Below are positions 33,383-54,087 of a stretch of DNA of 64,000 nucleotides, in pieces. This DNA is from the human T2T-CHM13v2.0 reference genome, Homo sapiens. The position numbers and the translations under genes were made by a program. Location: assembly GCF_009914755.1 (NCBI RefSeq), contig NC_060940.1; one strand, 5' to 3'. Positions within the stretch are counted from its first letter, which is position 1, and each line of letters starts with the position of its first letter. The notes below the pieces were generated by a model. That model made no database searches. It had not been told where the DNA came from and saw only the letters and a list, made by a program, of their open reading frames with translations.

Positions 33383-34142
33383 TAAGCTATGAGTCCCTGC
33401 CCATAGCCAACAGCTGTGCCTGGCTTGCTCCGGCCGAAACCTGAACCAAGGGGCAGCTTTCAGATTAAGCACAGCCGGGTCTGAATCTTCTGCCTTGGGA
33501 AGTCTGGGAAAGGCCTTGGAGTCAGCCTCTGCAGGGGCATGCACCTGTTGCCTCCCTGAGAAAGTCACCTCCTCTGTGCCCTTCCTGTTGATGGCAGCAG
33601 GAAGGCTGTGGCATGGCCCAACCCTTTAACTGGTGTCCAGCATCCGCTGGCTGTGTGCTCAGAGCATGCTCAGAGCCTCATGCTCTGTTCGGATGGGATC
33701 CTTTTACCAGGTATGCTGCAATAGTGTGATTCATCCCCCCAGGGGCCCCAGCCCCACTCTTGCAGGCATCTAAAGGTGCTAAAAATACATAACTCCTAAG
33801 TGCGGTTCTGTATTTCTGACTGTACCAGTGTTGTGGGCCTTTTTATGCTCCAAGCTGAAATTCAAGAGGCCTGGATTCCAATATAAGGCCCATGATTAAT
33901 GGGCCTCCAGCAAGGCCTCACTCAGCATCTCCTGTATTTAGATGGGGCCTAAAGCATGTCTCTGTGATGTGGACCAAGCACGGGGCTATAAGTCAGGGAG
34001 TGTGAGTTGCAGCCTTGGCTCTGTCACGTGCACCTGGGCCAGGGCTTCATCTTGTTCAATTTCAGTTCCTCACACTATGGGATAAGATGGTTGGAGATTA
34101 GCGCTCCTCTGGGTGTGATCTGCAGAGCCCTGGTCTGCCTAA

Positions 34143-34583
<441 letters not shown>

Positions 34584-34609
34584 TAAAATCTTGATTTGGT
34601 TCATGCATC

Positions 34610-36011
<1,402 letters not shown>

Positions 36012-36164
36012 AACTTCCACAGAACAGACTCAGGGAACACACAACAGGAACTGGACCGAACCCTAGAAGACAGCAGTGAGGGCAGCTCCTCCCAAGAGGC
36101 AGGGCTTTGCCTCACATACCTGCTCACCCACTTTACATGGAGAGAGAAGTGAGTTGAGATTAGA

Positions 36165-36460
36165 ACATATATATACATGTACATATACATATGTACATGC
36201 ATATGCATACACACAAAATACACACATATACATATAATACACATGCACATATATGTATGCATACATACATATATACATACACGTGCACATATGCATATAC
36301 ATACACATGCATGCACATGCACATATATAAATGCATGCACACATACACATATCCATATCCATACACATATCCATACACATACACATATGCAGGCACATAT
36401 ACATAAAGCCATGCACACATACACATATGCATACAGTTACACGTAAATATGTACATAGAT
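36165..36460. repeat. Degenerate (CA/TA)n purine-pyrimidine repeat
   Basis: Directly visible; a second (CA)n-like tract at 35847-35972. Confidence 0.95.
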
Positions 36461-36464
36461 CCAT

Positions 36465-38130
36465 GGGCAGGGCCAATGGCTTTTCTGCTTGGTCAGAAAC
36501 CTGGAAGAAAAACAGTGTCTAGGACAGGGAGGACTGGAGAAGAGACATGTGGATGGGCTCACTCACATGGGCCCGGAGTGTGAAGATCTTTGAATCCGTG
36601 TTAATGTTCACTGGAGAACATTCACCATGCAAGAAGCACTCAGCGACTAAGTAAGCAGGATGATTTTGCCCATAGATGTCAGCCAGCCTCTGAAATTACC
36701 ACCCCACTGCTGGTACAGTGGGCACATGAACAGAATAGCCGAGGTAGCAGGGATGGGGGCTGTGCCCGGGCTCAGCAGCACACGCACCACGGCTCACCTA
36801 ACTGCTCCCACCCCCAACACAGAGCAATGCTGAGCTGCCCATATGGCACCATTCCTCGAGACCCACCTGCCACTCGGTGGCCAGTTGGTTCCACTGGGCC
36901 CCTTCTACCCTGTAAGGCTCAGCAGATCATGTTGCCCCGAACTGACACTGTTCCAGGTATAGTTTGCCCTTGCCCACAGGGTCTCTGCAGAACCTCTAGC
37001 TGATGGCTTTCACAGCGTTTAATTCACTGACGTGGGATCCTGCGTAACAACACCTTGGGACAAGAGACCCACTTTACAGAAGAGAAGGTATGGCCGGGTG
37101 CTGCTGGCTCACACCTACAATCCCAGCACTTGGGAGGCTGAGGCAGGAGGATCCCTTGAGCCCAGTCTGGGCTGAGTTCAAGACCAGCCTGGGCAACATG
37201 GTGAAACCCTGTCTATACAGGAAAAAAAAAAAAAAAAAAAAAGCAGCAGCAGAAGAGGAGGAGGAGATAAGAAGGTGATCATATAACCTTGGGATTCCCG
37301 GTCCCATCACTCTACCGCCTAGAAGCTGCCAGTGTGATAAGGTGATAGAAAGATCTTTTGAAAGCACAGTAAACGTGGCAGCCTAGAGACATTCCAACTT
37401 GTACAACAGATCAAAGCCCCGTCTCTAAACTATCTGTCTATATATAAACACACACACAACTGAACCTTAAACAGTGTGGTTGTGAACTGTGTGGTCTACT
37501 TTTACACGAATTTTCTTTTGTTTCTGAGACTTTGGGGCACCACCTCCTGAAATGTAACATACCCCCTAAATCAACGACCAACATAGCATGCGGTGTTCCT
37601 AAAATGGAGAAAGCATTAGTCTAGGAACAAAGGGATGGCCGGAGGTGCGGCCCTGCTGAGTGTGTTCTCGATGACCACGTAGGAGGTGTGCCTCCCACTC
37701 CTGCCACCTTCGCTCTGGAGGTCTAAAGATGCAGTTTCTCCGAAGAGTTCATGTTTCCACCAAGAGATGCAGAGAGGTCCCATTCAACTTGAAGCTCTGC
37801 TTCCTCCTGGTCACTTCTGGCTCCTCATGGAAGCAGTCTGCAGGCTGGGATGCAGCAGCAGGAGGCAGCAGGGCTGCTATTACACACAGAACGGGGGGGC
37901 TCTCTCAGACCTCCTCTGCTTAGCTTCCGTAGAGATTGCAACAGCAGCAGCCACAGCCTGCAAAAGGCATGATGGCCAGGGGTTCAGACCCTCCAAGGAT
38001 GAGAATCTGAGTCACCCCCCAGTTCCAGGTTACCCTGCTGGGACCAACAGAGGGCCTGGGTCAGGGTGAGGGGACCCTAGTAGAGGATGGAGAAGAATAT
38101 CAGCTGTGGCCCCCAGACAGCTGGGTTGGT
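36465..38130 (+). mobile_element. Decayed ERV-L internal region (RNase H/integrase/dUTPase remnant)
   Basis: ERV-L pol-like segments (gatgtcagccagcctct..cagtgggcacatgaacag; WAHEQ motif) and dUTPase-like LPPGHFWLLM; many stops and frameshifts. Confidence 0.72.
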
Positions 38131-38182
38131 TCCATGAACTTTCTTTCCTCTAGTAAATTTCCCAGCCGGAATCCTGGAGGGA

Positions 38183-38560
38183 CTGTGTATTTGTTTCCCG
38201 GGGCTGCCATAACAAAGCATGACAGACTGGGAGGCTTAAACAACGGAAACCTATTTTCTCACATTTCTGGAGCCTGGATGTGTGAGATCAAGGTCGGCGT
38301 GGTTGGTTTCTCTCCTTGGCTTGCAGATGGCCGTCTTCTCCCCGTGTCCTCACGTGGTCTTCCCTCTGTGTGTGTCTGTGTCCTAATCGCCTCTTCTTGT
38401 AAGGACACCGGTTGTATTGGATTAGGGCTCATGTGACCTCATTCTCATTTAATCACCTCCTTAAAGACCCTATGTTCAAATGCAGGCACATTTCTGAGGT
38501 CCTGGGAGTTAGAACTTCATTTGAAATGTGCAGGGAACAAAAAATTCAGCTCATAACAAG
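38183..38560 (-). mobile_element. MLT1 (MaLR) LTR
   Basis: ggctgccataacaaagca..ggcttaaacaac..ctccttggcttgcagatggccg. Confidence 0.82.
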
Positions 38561-38605
38561 CTGTTTCCATGTAGGTTGAACTTAGTGTATTAAACAAGTG
38601 ATCTA

Positions 38606-39342
<737 letters not shown>

Positions 39343-39345
39343 ATT

Positions 39346-40370
<1,025 letters not shown>

Positions 40371-40529
40371 GCAAATCCTTGTGCACTGAAGTCACTAGGG
40401 TCAAATTCTCACTATTGGCTGTGCACAAAAGCCAGCACATACGCATAAACCGAGACTCATGTGCAGGGCTTTATCCCAACTTTAGCCGTCACCAGGCAGG
40501 AAAAGGAAAGTCCCAGGCTGTTATTAGGG

Positions 40530-41290
40530 AAAGGCAAATGAAACCACAATAAGAGACCACGTCACAGGGACTAGGAGGGCTAGAACCAAAGATAGATAAC
40601 AGCAAGTGTTGGTGAGGATGTGGAGAAATTGGAACCCGTCTGCTCTGTTCATCGGAATGTAATGGGAACAGTGGTGCGGCCGCTGGGGGAGACAGTCTGG
40701 CAGCTCCTCAAAAAGGCCAACAATGCGTTACCCTACCACCCAGTTATTCCATTCCCAGGGATATGCTCAAGGGAAATGAAAATGCATGTCCACAAAAAAA
40801 CTGTACACAAATGTTCATAACAGCATTATTCACAGTAGACAAAAGTGGGAGAAAACAAAATGTCCATCAATTTGATGAATAGACAACAAAAATGTGGTCT
40901 CTCCATACAATAAAATATTATTGCATCATGAGAAGGAAGGAAGTTCTGATACACGCTACAAACCAGGAACCTTGGAAGTATCATACTAAGCGAAAGAAGC
41001 CAGACACAAAAGAACACATATTGTGTGACTCCAGTTGTATGAAATGTCCAGAACAGGTAAATCCATAGAGACAGAAAGTAGATTTGTGGCTGCCAGGGGC
41101 TGGGAGATGGAAGAAAGGGGAGTGACTGTTAATGGGTGCAGAGTTTTATGGGGAGATGATGACAATGTTTTGGAATTAGATAGTACTGATGGTTGAACAA
41201 TTCTGTGAATATACTAAAAGCTACTGAATATATACTCTAAAAGGCTGAGCATGCAGTCTTTATGGTATGCGAATTATATCTCAATAAATT
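40530..41290 (+). mobile_element. L1MB-like 3' end
   Basis: aagtgttggtgaggatgtggagaaattggaaccc..gaattatatctcaataaa. Confidence 0.88.
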
Positions 41291-42249
41291 TGGAAGCTCA
41301 GAGAATGTGCAGGACATTGTTTTGCTGACAGAGCATCATTTTCTCTGACATCTCGAGGCAGGATTCACACTTTTACTGGTGGAATTTCATTTACTCTGTG
41401 GACCCAAGCCCAGGCAATCAAAGCATTAAATCTTCCTAGCAGGAAGAATGGTCTAGACCTGGACATAACTCAGGTCAGTCCAAATGAGCCTTTGTTTTGG
41501 GTCATCTGTTTGTATAGTTGGTGAAAGAAATGCTGTTTCCGCTGGGGATGCCACAAAAAGGATGTTGTTAGACTGCTTCTAGCACTATCTAATCACCATG
41601 AGAGAAGAGTTGGCCTAAGAATGGAGCTAACCCAAAAGAAAGCAAGGATGTAAGAAGGAGAAAGTAACACGGAGTCCCATTGACATCATTTGAACCCTGA
41701 ATCCAGCCATGCCTGAAACCCTAGACTTTTAGGTCCAACAGATGATAACATTTCTTTTTCCTTACCCTAGAGATGCACTTCTGTCATTTGCAAGCAAAAG
41801 TCCAATCTAGACTATTTCATTTAAATGTTTTTGAAGCATATTGTCAGACTCCCAGAACAGTTAAACCAACTCATACTTCCACCAGAGCATGCATGTCCCC
41901 ACAGTTGAAGCAGACATTGAGTCCTGTAGCTCTATTATAGGTTCCAAACAGACTTCCACAAAGGGTCCTCCATCTCAGAATCCTCAATTTGTTTTGTTTT
42001 GTTTTGAGATAGGGTCACCTCTGTCACCCAGGCTGGAGTGCAGTGGCACGATCATAGCTCACTACAACCTCAAGCTCCTAGGCTCAAGTGATCCTCCTAC
42101 CTCAGGCTCCTGAGTAGCTGAGCCCACAGGCATGAATTGCCACACCTGGCTATTTTTGTACTTTTTGTAGAGGTGGAGTCTCACCATGTTGCCCATGGCT
42201 GGTCTCAATCCTCAATTTTAGAACTGGACAAGAGTGCAAGGAATCATGT

Positions 42250-43030
42250 ATATGATGGTTAATTTCACTTGTCAACTTGACTGAATCAAGGTGCCGAAAT
42301 GTCTGGACACAGCTTACTCTGGTGTGTCTGTGAGGGCATTTCTGGACAAGAGGAACACCTGAGTCAGTGGACTCTGGAAAGCAGACTGTCCTCCTAATGT
42401 GGGTGGACCTCATCCAATCAGTGGGAGGCCTAAATAGAACAAAAGGGAGAATTCTCTCTCCCCACCTGTCTTTGAGGTGGGACATTGGTCTTCTCTCGCA
42501 CTTGGACTGTAACTTACATCATCTGCTCTCCTGGTTTTCGAGCCTTTAGACTGGAACAGGAACTACACCACCTGCTTTCCTGGCTCTCCAGCTTGCAGAG
42601 GGCAGATCCTGGAACTTCTCAGCCTCTGTAATCATGTGAGCCAATTCCTTACAGTCAATCTCTCTCTCTCTCTCTTTTTTTTTTTTTTTTGAGACAGAGT
42701 CTTGCTCTGTCGCCCAGACTGGCGTACAGTGGTACCGTCACATGGGCTCACTACGGCCTCATCCTTGTGAGCTCAAGTGATCCTCCCACCTCGGCCTTCC
42801 GAGTAGCTGGGACTATAGGCGTGCACCACCACACCTGGCTAATTTTTAAACATTTTTTTTTGTAAAGATGGAGGACTCACTGTGTTGCCTAGGCTGGTCT
42901 CAAACTCCTGGGCTCAAGCAATCCTCCTTTCCTTGGTCTCCCAATGTGCTGGGATTATAGGCATGACCCCCGCCTTTCTATACATTTATCTCCTAATGGT
43001 TCTGTTTCTCTGGAGAACCCTGACTAATAT
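42250..43030 (+). mobile_element. MLT2-type LTR with nested antisense Alu
   Basis: tgatggttaatttcacttgtcaacttgactg..tctgtttctctggagaaccctgactaata. Confidence 0.82.
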
Positions 43031-44156
43031 AATGTGATAACTTGAACACAGAGAAGACCTTGTGCATAAAGATGTTCATTAATATTTATAAGAGCAAACA
43101 ATTTGAAATAATTTATATGCATGAAACTTGTACAGAACAGAATATGGTACAATTGCTTAAAATAATGTTTATGAGGGTTTTTTCATTTTAATCAAATGGA
43201 AAAATTATTGCACTTGTGCCATAGAAAGGCCAGAATACAAAAATCAGATATCCTGTAATAATAATAATAACACTTTCATTTTCCTGAGCAGGAACGAAGT
43301 GCCAGACACTGCCTTGGGTATATTATGTGCATCATTGAACTAAATGACATTCTCAGCATTACATTCAAAATATCAAGAAGAAAGATTTGGAAATTATACC
43401 AAAAAGCCAACAGTGTTTGTCTTTTAAAATAAATCGGTTTTTTTCCCTTCTTTCCACCTTGTTTTACCCTCTTTACCACACTGAGTGTGTATTGCTTCTA
43501 TATTTGGAAAGAATTAAAACAAACTGAATTTTTTAAAGTAAGATGGAGCCTCAGTCCCATGCCTCAACCCTTCCTCCAATTTGTACAAGATCATGGTACT
43601 CATGGTGGCAGCCGATGACAGGTGGTAGCATGCCCCTCCCCTTCTCCCAGGAGGCTGTCATCCCTAGAATCTTCCCATGAAGTTAAATTTAAAATTATTG
43701 TATAACTAATGTATCAGTAGTGCTACCAGCAGCAACAGGATCTTATATGCAAATCGGTTTTATTTAATCACAGCACAAGCCCAGCATAGTAATTACCTAT
43801 CAAGTGGTAATTACGCTTTTATTATTTTTTTAAACTTTCATTAAAAGAAAGCATTTTAAATTGGAAAGAAACAATCCATGTCACAAGCCAGTTAGTCAAA
43901 AAATGTTTGTCTGTTTGGAGGTCCCAGAATGAACATCGTAATATCCACCCCTGATTAAACACTTACCATGTAGCAGGCATCTCGAAAAGCACTTCGCATT
44001 TCATATCTCAATATGTATTCCTCGCTACTGTGCTGGGAGGTGCGTCTTGTTATCACAAAATTACTGATAAAGAAACAGAGACTCAGAGAAATTTCAATAG
44101 CTTGTCAAGCTTAATAGAATTTAAGGCGAGGAGCATTTAACACAGAAGCCAGGGGA

Positions 44157-44454
44157 GGTCGGCAGCAGTGACTCATGCCTGCAATCACAGCACCTTGGGA
44201 GGCTGAGGCAGGAGGATCGCTTGAGCCCAGGAGTTCAACACCAGCCTGGGCAACATAATGACACCTTATCTCCAATAAATAAATAAATAAATAAAATATT
44301 AGCTGGTTGTGGTGGCATATGCCTGTAGTCTCAGCTATGGGGAGGAGGCTGAGGTGGGAGGATTGCTTGACCCCAGGAGGTCAAGGCTGCAGTGAGCTAC
44401 AATCACACCACTGCACTCCAGCCAGGGGGACACATGAGACCCTGTCTCAAAATT

Positions 44455-44485
<31 letters not shown>
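44157..44485 (+). mobile_element. AluJ with (GATA)n tail
   Basis: Alu consensus followed by a GATA tetranucleotide repeat. Confidence 0.9.
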
Positions 44486-44487
<2 letters not shown>

Positions 44488-45464
44488 CAATCTGACTTTG
44501 TGATGAAGCGATGCAATATAGGATGTATAAAAGGGAAGAATGATCTGATAGTCATCCGTGGGGTGCCTCAGAGGCTCTTTGACTTGCGTATTTAAAGTTC
44601 CTAAAGGAAGCCAGGGGATTTTACCCACTGTGCTGCTTTGCCTGGAGGGGTGTGGACTTCACCTCCCTGCTATGCTTTCCACAAAGGCATGCAGATGCAA
44701 ATGAAGGAGGAGAGAAAGGCATGCCCGCAGTGCCCGCAGAAGAGCAGTCCTTCCCCTGGCTGGGGGTCATTTGCGTGTCTCTCTGTCTCCTATCAGGCTG
44801 AGAGCAGTGAGAGATGAGGTTCTCCGTGGAGTTAGGCACTCCTCCTAGACTGCCCCTTTCTACCCAATCCAACAAATCAGACATATACCACTGGGATAAC
44901 ATTTCCTGTCTCTCACCATTCATATCATTTGGCAGATTCCGTGACCTTAATATCTTTCCATGCCTTCTACTGTTACTGATCTCCACTGCAGCATCCTGTT
45001 CTGGATGGCTTCATTGGGAAGTCTATGTATTTTCTCTAGCTTCAGGCATAGCTGTATCCAGGAGTTCACAAAGTATCTCCAGCCTGGATTCAGGATTTCA
45101 GGTACAGGCTCTTAACTAGCTACGAACCTTCCCATCTTTTTGTGCTTCTCTAACCTCACCATCTTCCCACCCTTAGTTCCGTCTGGTTTACATCCCAACG
45201 GATGTAAACAGAGAGGTCTTTCTAAAATGAAAATCTGATCACCATTCCTGTGCCAAAGCCATCAGTGGAAAGATGACAGTTGAACTTCCTGCCTTGGCAT
45301 GATCTGCCATCAGCCTAGCTCCTCAATCTCACTATCCTCCATTTCCCCCATGTGCCATATAAAGAAAATTTATACCAAACTTGGGATACTGAATGCCCTT
45401 TAGATGTCATACCAAATTATTGCATTGTCTTCAAGTCAGCCCAACAGTCATCTGACTCTCAAAG

Positions 45465-45880
45465 GCAGAGCTTCTCCAACTTGAGTGCACGTCAGGATCC
45501 CTGGAGGACGTGCTAAACCCGGAGTGCTGGCCTGCTCCTGGTGTATCCGATTCAGTGGGCCTGAAGTCAGCCCCAGTATTTACCTTTCTCATAGCCCTTG
45601 GGGGCTAACGCTGCCGGTCCAGGGACCACACTTTAAGAACCACAGCTCTGAGATCTTCTGGGGCAAGGGTTAGAAAGCTTCCTGAAAAGGGTCAGATGGT
45701 CAAGATTTTAGACTTCGTGGGCAAGACGGTTTCTGTTGCAGTGACTCAACTCTGCTATGGTAGTGAAAAAGCAGCTATGGGCAATATATAAACAGATGGG
45801 TATGCCTGTGTTCTAACCTTATTTATAATAACAGGTAGAGGGCCAGATTTGGCCCACAGGCCATAGTACTTTGCTGCTCT
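45465..45880. mobile_element. MER5A followed by MER58A-like hAT MITEs
   Basis: ccagggaccacactttaagaaccac; gggccagatttggcccacaggccatagt. Confidence 0.75.
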
Positions 45881-45892
45881 AGAGAAATGTAA

Positions 45893-46183
45893 TTTTTTTT
45901 GAGACAGAGTCTTGCTCTGTTGCCTAGTCTGGAGTACAGTGGCGCGATCTCGGCTCACTGCAGCCTCTGCCTCCTGGGTTCAAACGACTTTCCTGCCTCA
46001 GCCTCCCTAGTAGCTGAGATTACAGGGACCCACTACCACGCCCGGCTAATTTTTGTACTCTTAGTAGAGGTGGGGTTTTGCCATATTGGCCAGGCTGGTC
46101 TCAAACTCCTAACCTCAGGTGATCTGCCCACTTTGGCCTCCCAAAGTGCTGGGATCACAGGCATGAGGCATCATGCCCAGCCA
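45893..46183 (-). mobile_element. AluS
   Basis: Alu reverse complement; TSD agaaatgtaatttttt. Confidence 0.93.
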
Positions 46184-46404
46184 AGAAATGTAATTTTTTA
46201 AACTTACTATTTACTTTTAGGACCTAGACTCTGCAAAGTTAGATGTTAGCTCATAGAATAGTTTTTGTTCCATACAGATGGAAAGTATTTCCATCTGAAA
46301 GAAAAGATAATTTCCAATGTTGTCATTTTATTGCCTTGTAGGGCGTTAACCTTCTTGTGTTATACTTCACAATTTTATTCCAGCATTCTTTCTTTCATTA
46401 ACTG

Positions 46405-46562
46405 TACAGACCACCTCTGACTTACAACAGTTTGACTTAACAAATTTTTGAATTTACGATAGATTTATTGGGGCATTAAATTCATTTTTGACTTAAGATA
46501 TTTTCAACTTACCATTGGCTTTTTGGAACATAACCCTATTGTAAGTCAAGGAGCATCTGTGT
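46405..46562. mobile_element. Tigger3/Golem-family MITE
   Basis: Inverted ends cagac..ctctgacttacaa and ttgtaagtcaaggagcatctg. Confidence 0.65.
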
Positions 46563-46671
46563 ATACTTCAGTCTCTTGTATCTTCCTTTGGAGCAACTTG
46601 ACTGCCCTGGTGGGGCTCTCATTAATGAGGTAAGTGAATCTCTGTCATGCGTTCACTACATATTGGCATGA

Positions 46672-47070
<399 letters not shown>

Positions 47071-47375
47071 TGACCAGGCTAAGCACCTTAGTTCTCCTCT
47101 ACATGGCCTCTCCATGCAGCTGAGGGCTGGGTTCCACGAGGGAACATCCTGAGCACACAAGACAAAGGCCCAGCCCTGGAGTTGACACAGCATCACCTCC
47201 ACTGCACGCTATTGGTCAAAGCAAGTCACAGGGCTGGCTCAGCTTCTAGGGGACAGAAAATAGACTCCACCTCTCAATGCCAAGAGTGTCAGAGAACAGG
47301 CAGCCACTTCTAATCTCTCAGAGACAGATCAGGGCTGTTAAACTCAGGAAGAAATCTTCAAGGTGACCTTGAGTG

Positions 47376-47889
<514 letters not shown>

Positions 47890-48486
47890 TCAATCTGGAA
47901 AACCTAGTTTGTCATGGGGTGGGGAAAGGGAATCTCTACTCAGGAGAAAACATAAAGATGGTTTTTGAGGGTATGAAGCCCATTCGCCTCCTTGTCCAGA
48001 GACTTTAGCTACCATTCAGATGTTCTCTGGGGCCTCAGCTCATGATTAATTCATCAAGTATTGGTTGAGCTCTCGTCACATGTCAGGGATCATGCCTTGT
48101 GTTGAGGCTTACAATGGAAAGCAAGAACTACAAGAGCAAGATCATGATCGTTAGAGCAGAACCAGGAAACCCTGTGGCTTTGACTCACCAGCATGCAACG
48201 GGACCAAAAAAAAAAAAAAAATTCATCTCCTGTCCAATTTCATCAGCATTAAGTGGCCTCCTTTCTGAAGAGGGACAGCTGTTGGGAAACCCTTGCGGGG
48301 TAAGATGTAAAATGCTCACCATCCACCAAGTCATTGCTTATTTACTTACTTAATATAATAAAATCGGGGAAAGATCTGTTAAGAAATAAACACTTCACGG
48401 CAGTGCTGTCAATGATGGTGAGATGCTGGAAACAAGCTACCTGTCTAACAGTATGTGCTGAGAGCAAGCGTGTATATATGTGCATT

Positions 48487-49249
<763 letters not shown>

Positions 49250-49714
49250 TAGTAACATCCTACTAAGTGCAATATCCTACTGTTTCGCCCTTATCCCTCC
49301 CAGGCTACTCTTCACACGGCAGCCAGAGAGATCTTGTTCAAACCTACGTCTGCTCCTGTCCCTCCTCATTCCTTAGTTTACAGGCTAATCCATGTTCCCC
49401 CCATGTGCCTTCCCTCCCTCCTAGGGCAGGTTGCTGAGCTGAGTTTGATGTTGGTGTTTAAGGATAAACAGGTTTCAGATAACACGTCTGCACAGAGGGA
49501 GCCATAATTCAGGGCTCAGACGGACCACCTGAAGTCTGATTCAGCTCTGGAGGAAAAATTGTCTGTGCTGGTTTTATGGCGTGACGTAGAGACAGAGCCA
49601 AACAGGAAAGAAGGCACGTGACAATGGAGACAGATGGAAGCAGTGACTCGACAACACAGGAATTTTGTTCAACTTACCCTCACATCTTTGGCATCTAATA
49701 TTTCCATACAGTAG

Positions 49715-50060
<346 letters not shown>

Positions 50061-51165
50061 TAAATAAATACAGGAGAAAATGAATGAGTGATGCATATAA
50101 AGGGTTTAATCTGAGTGCTTGACACACGGTGCTCAGTAAATGGTTCACAATATTATGTGACCAGACCACTGCCCAATTCTCCAGCGCCATCTCTGCCAAG
50201 ACTCCCTCACTCTCCCAGGAAACTCAGCTGCGAATCCACCCTGGCACCTTGGAAGTGCTGGGTGAACTATCCCGGTTTTTCCTGGATCACCCTTCTCTCC
50301 ATTCCTCCTGGATCACCCTTCTCTCCATTCCTCTATGCCACACCCTTTGAAGGGACCCTTGGTATCAGCTTCCTGGGGTAGCTTTGCTGATGCTTCTCCA
50401 TGTACCTCAGTTTACCCTACCATAGCTGATGCACACCGTCTCATTTAATCCTGACAGTGACCTGTGTGAAAGGCATCATTACCCCCATATTACAAATGAA
50501 GTAAAAGGTTTCCAGGAGCAGCCTTGCCCACAGCTTCCTGCCGCTAAGCGGGAGAGCTGGGAACTGAGCTTGGACCCTCGGACTCCACAGTCTATTTTGT
50601 AGATTCCCATCACATTCATGTTAACAACAAGCTTTAAAAAATCAAACAATCAGTGTTTGTGCTAGAATGCTGGGGTCACAGATTATTTTTTTCTTCAAAA
50701 TTGTATAATTCTGTTAAAATAATCAATCTTGCCTTTAGAGTAGAAAAATATACTTTTTTTGTAGGCTAAAGAAGATTGAAAGAATGCTTTTGTTCTCTGG
50801 GTGGTCTGGCAAAGAAGAAAAAACCTACATCACAGGAAAATTGATGAAACAGAAGAAATTCTTGGATGAGTGGGAAAAGGAAGGGTTTGTAAGGGTGACT
50901 GGAGCAAGAAAAATAAAGGAGCATTAAATAATAATGTCACCACTTCAACTCACTGATAATATGAACACATTGCAGCCAATGTATCATTTCACATGACTGA
51001 AGTTGCCACCACCTTCATCATCTCCGTTGATCTCAGTGTCTACTCAACGAAGCATGCAGGACAAACAGGGCTTTCTTCCTTATGTAGGAACCAAGTTACA
51101 GAAAATTAGTGATTTCTCCAAGGTCTTAAGAGTGACTTGGGGGGCTGAATTAAGACTGGTACCCA

Positions 51166-51460
<295 letters not shown>

Positions 51461-52362
51461 GGAAGAATGGATCAATAATGTGTCTTTTATTTTTTTCTTA
51501 TTGCCTTTCTTTAGCAGTTTTTTCTCCTGGCCAAAGTCTTTGAAGATGGTGGTGCCTAAATTTGGCCCACTGTCTGGGGAGGGGCAGAGACACGGGAAAT
51601 GAGTATAATGTTTAAGTGAGGAACTGCATTATATAGATCCTCACTTAAGAAGAGACGTCAGCTATGTGAGTTCTGCCACCAAAAATAAAAGAGTAAAAGA
51701 ATTAGAAGAAAAAAAAAGTGGGTGTTCTAGTCCATTCAACATGCTATCAACGAGCAAAGAGATCCGAGTGAGGCTCAGATGAGAGGCAGAGCTCTGTGCT
51801 CCCTCCACGGGTCCTCCCTCCCTCCTAGGGCAGATTGCTGAGCTGACTTTGATGTTGGTGTTTAATGATAAACAGATTTCAGATAACACGGCCCGCAGAG
51901 CAAGCTGTAATTCAGGGCTCCAATGGACCACCTGAAATTTGATCCAGCTTTGGAGGAAAAATTGTCTGTGTTGGTTTTATTACATGACAGAGACAGAGCC
52001 AAACAGAAAAGAAGGCAGGTGATGACTGAGGCAGAGACTGGAGCCATGATGCTACCAGCTGAGGATCACCAAGGGTGGCCGGCTGCACCAGAAGCTGGGA
52101 GACGGGCCTGCAGCAGCGTCCTCCTTGGAGCCTCCGGAGGGAGCATGGCCGTGCCAACACCTGGGTTTTGGACTCTGACCTCCAGAGCTGTGAGAATACA
52201 TTTGTGTTGCTTTAAGCCTTCCAGTTTGTGGTTGTTACAGCAGCCACAGGAAACAGCGACTAGGTTGGTTGTTTTCTGGGACATACGGGACTTCTCTTAC
52301 GTGCAGTTGTGTCCCAAGGACTCCTGATGACCTTGCTGAAACTTTTAGAAAACTGCCCTACA

Positions 52363-52678
<316 letters not shown>

Positions 52679-53451
52679 ACTGCCCTACAGTGAAACCCTC
52701 TTCCTCCCAGCCCTCTGCCTTCCTGCTCTCCTCTGCAGGCGCCAGCCCCACACTCTGCCGGCCAATCTCCCATCTCTGCCCACCCTTCCTCTTTCCCTCC
52801 TGGGCCTTTTCCTTCTCCACCTCTTGGTCCCTGTTTCTCAGAGGACCGGGACTAACAAAGACATCCATATATCAGGTTCAACAGCTACCAAGATTTTGCA
52901 ACGTTTGCTTCGTCACTTCCTTTTTCCTTCCTGTTTTGTCCTCAGATACTTTAAAGCAAATCCCATACCTCACGTCATTTCATTCCCTACATATTTCAGA
53001 GCCCACTTCTTAAAACCAGGAGTATTTTCTTATATAAACCACAATGTCATGACCATACCTAACACATATATTGGTAAATAGTTTCTTGGTATTTTCCAGG
53101 CCTCACCTACATTCTCTAAATTATCTCAAAAATGTCTTTTCATAGTACTTGATTTGACTCAGTTTTGAACTCTGCATTTGGCCAATCTTTTTTATCCCAA
53201 TCTGCCCCACTTATAAGTGACATGATGTTAGGCAAGTCACTTGACTTTTTTCCATTTCCCCCACCTTAAAACGGGGAAACCAATAGGATCTGCCTTACTG
53301 GGTTTTCCAAGAATTAAATGAGGTCATTCCTTCCTTCATTCATTCAACAAATGTTTTGTAAGCAGCTGCCCAAAATGCCTGGAACTGTTCTAGGTCCTGC
53401 AAAAATATCAGAACACAAGACCAAGTACCTGGCTTCATGGAGCTTATATTT

Positions 53452-53757
<306 letters not shown>

Positions 53758-54087
53758 TGATTCTAGTGGAAGAAAAAGACAATAAACACACAAAATTAAT
53801 ATGCCATAGAATGTCAGCTAGTTTCCCCAAATGTCAGCTACAAGTTTCCCCAAATTCTAATTTTTGTTTGAAAGAAAGTTTGTGAGTGCTGTGGGAAATT
53901 AACCTGGATAGCAGGAGGGCACAGGGTGGGGCACCCATTATGGGCAAAGGAGTGAGGAGGGTCCTTTAGGAAGAGACGACCATTAACAGAAACCTGAGTG
54001 AATGAAGGGTTGAGCCTCCCTGGGGAAAGTTCCAGGCAGACAGAGGGCACATTTAAAGTGGGCACTTGCTGGCACGGGAGAGCTGGA

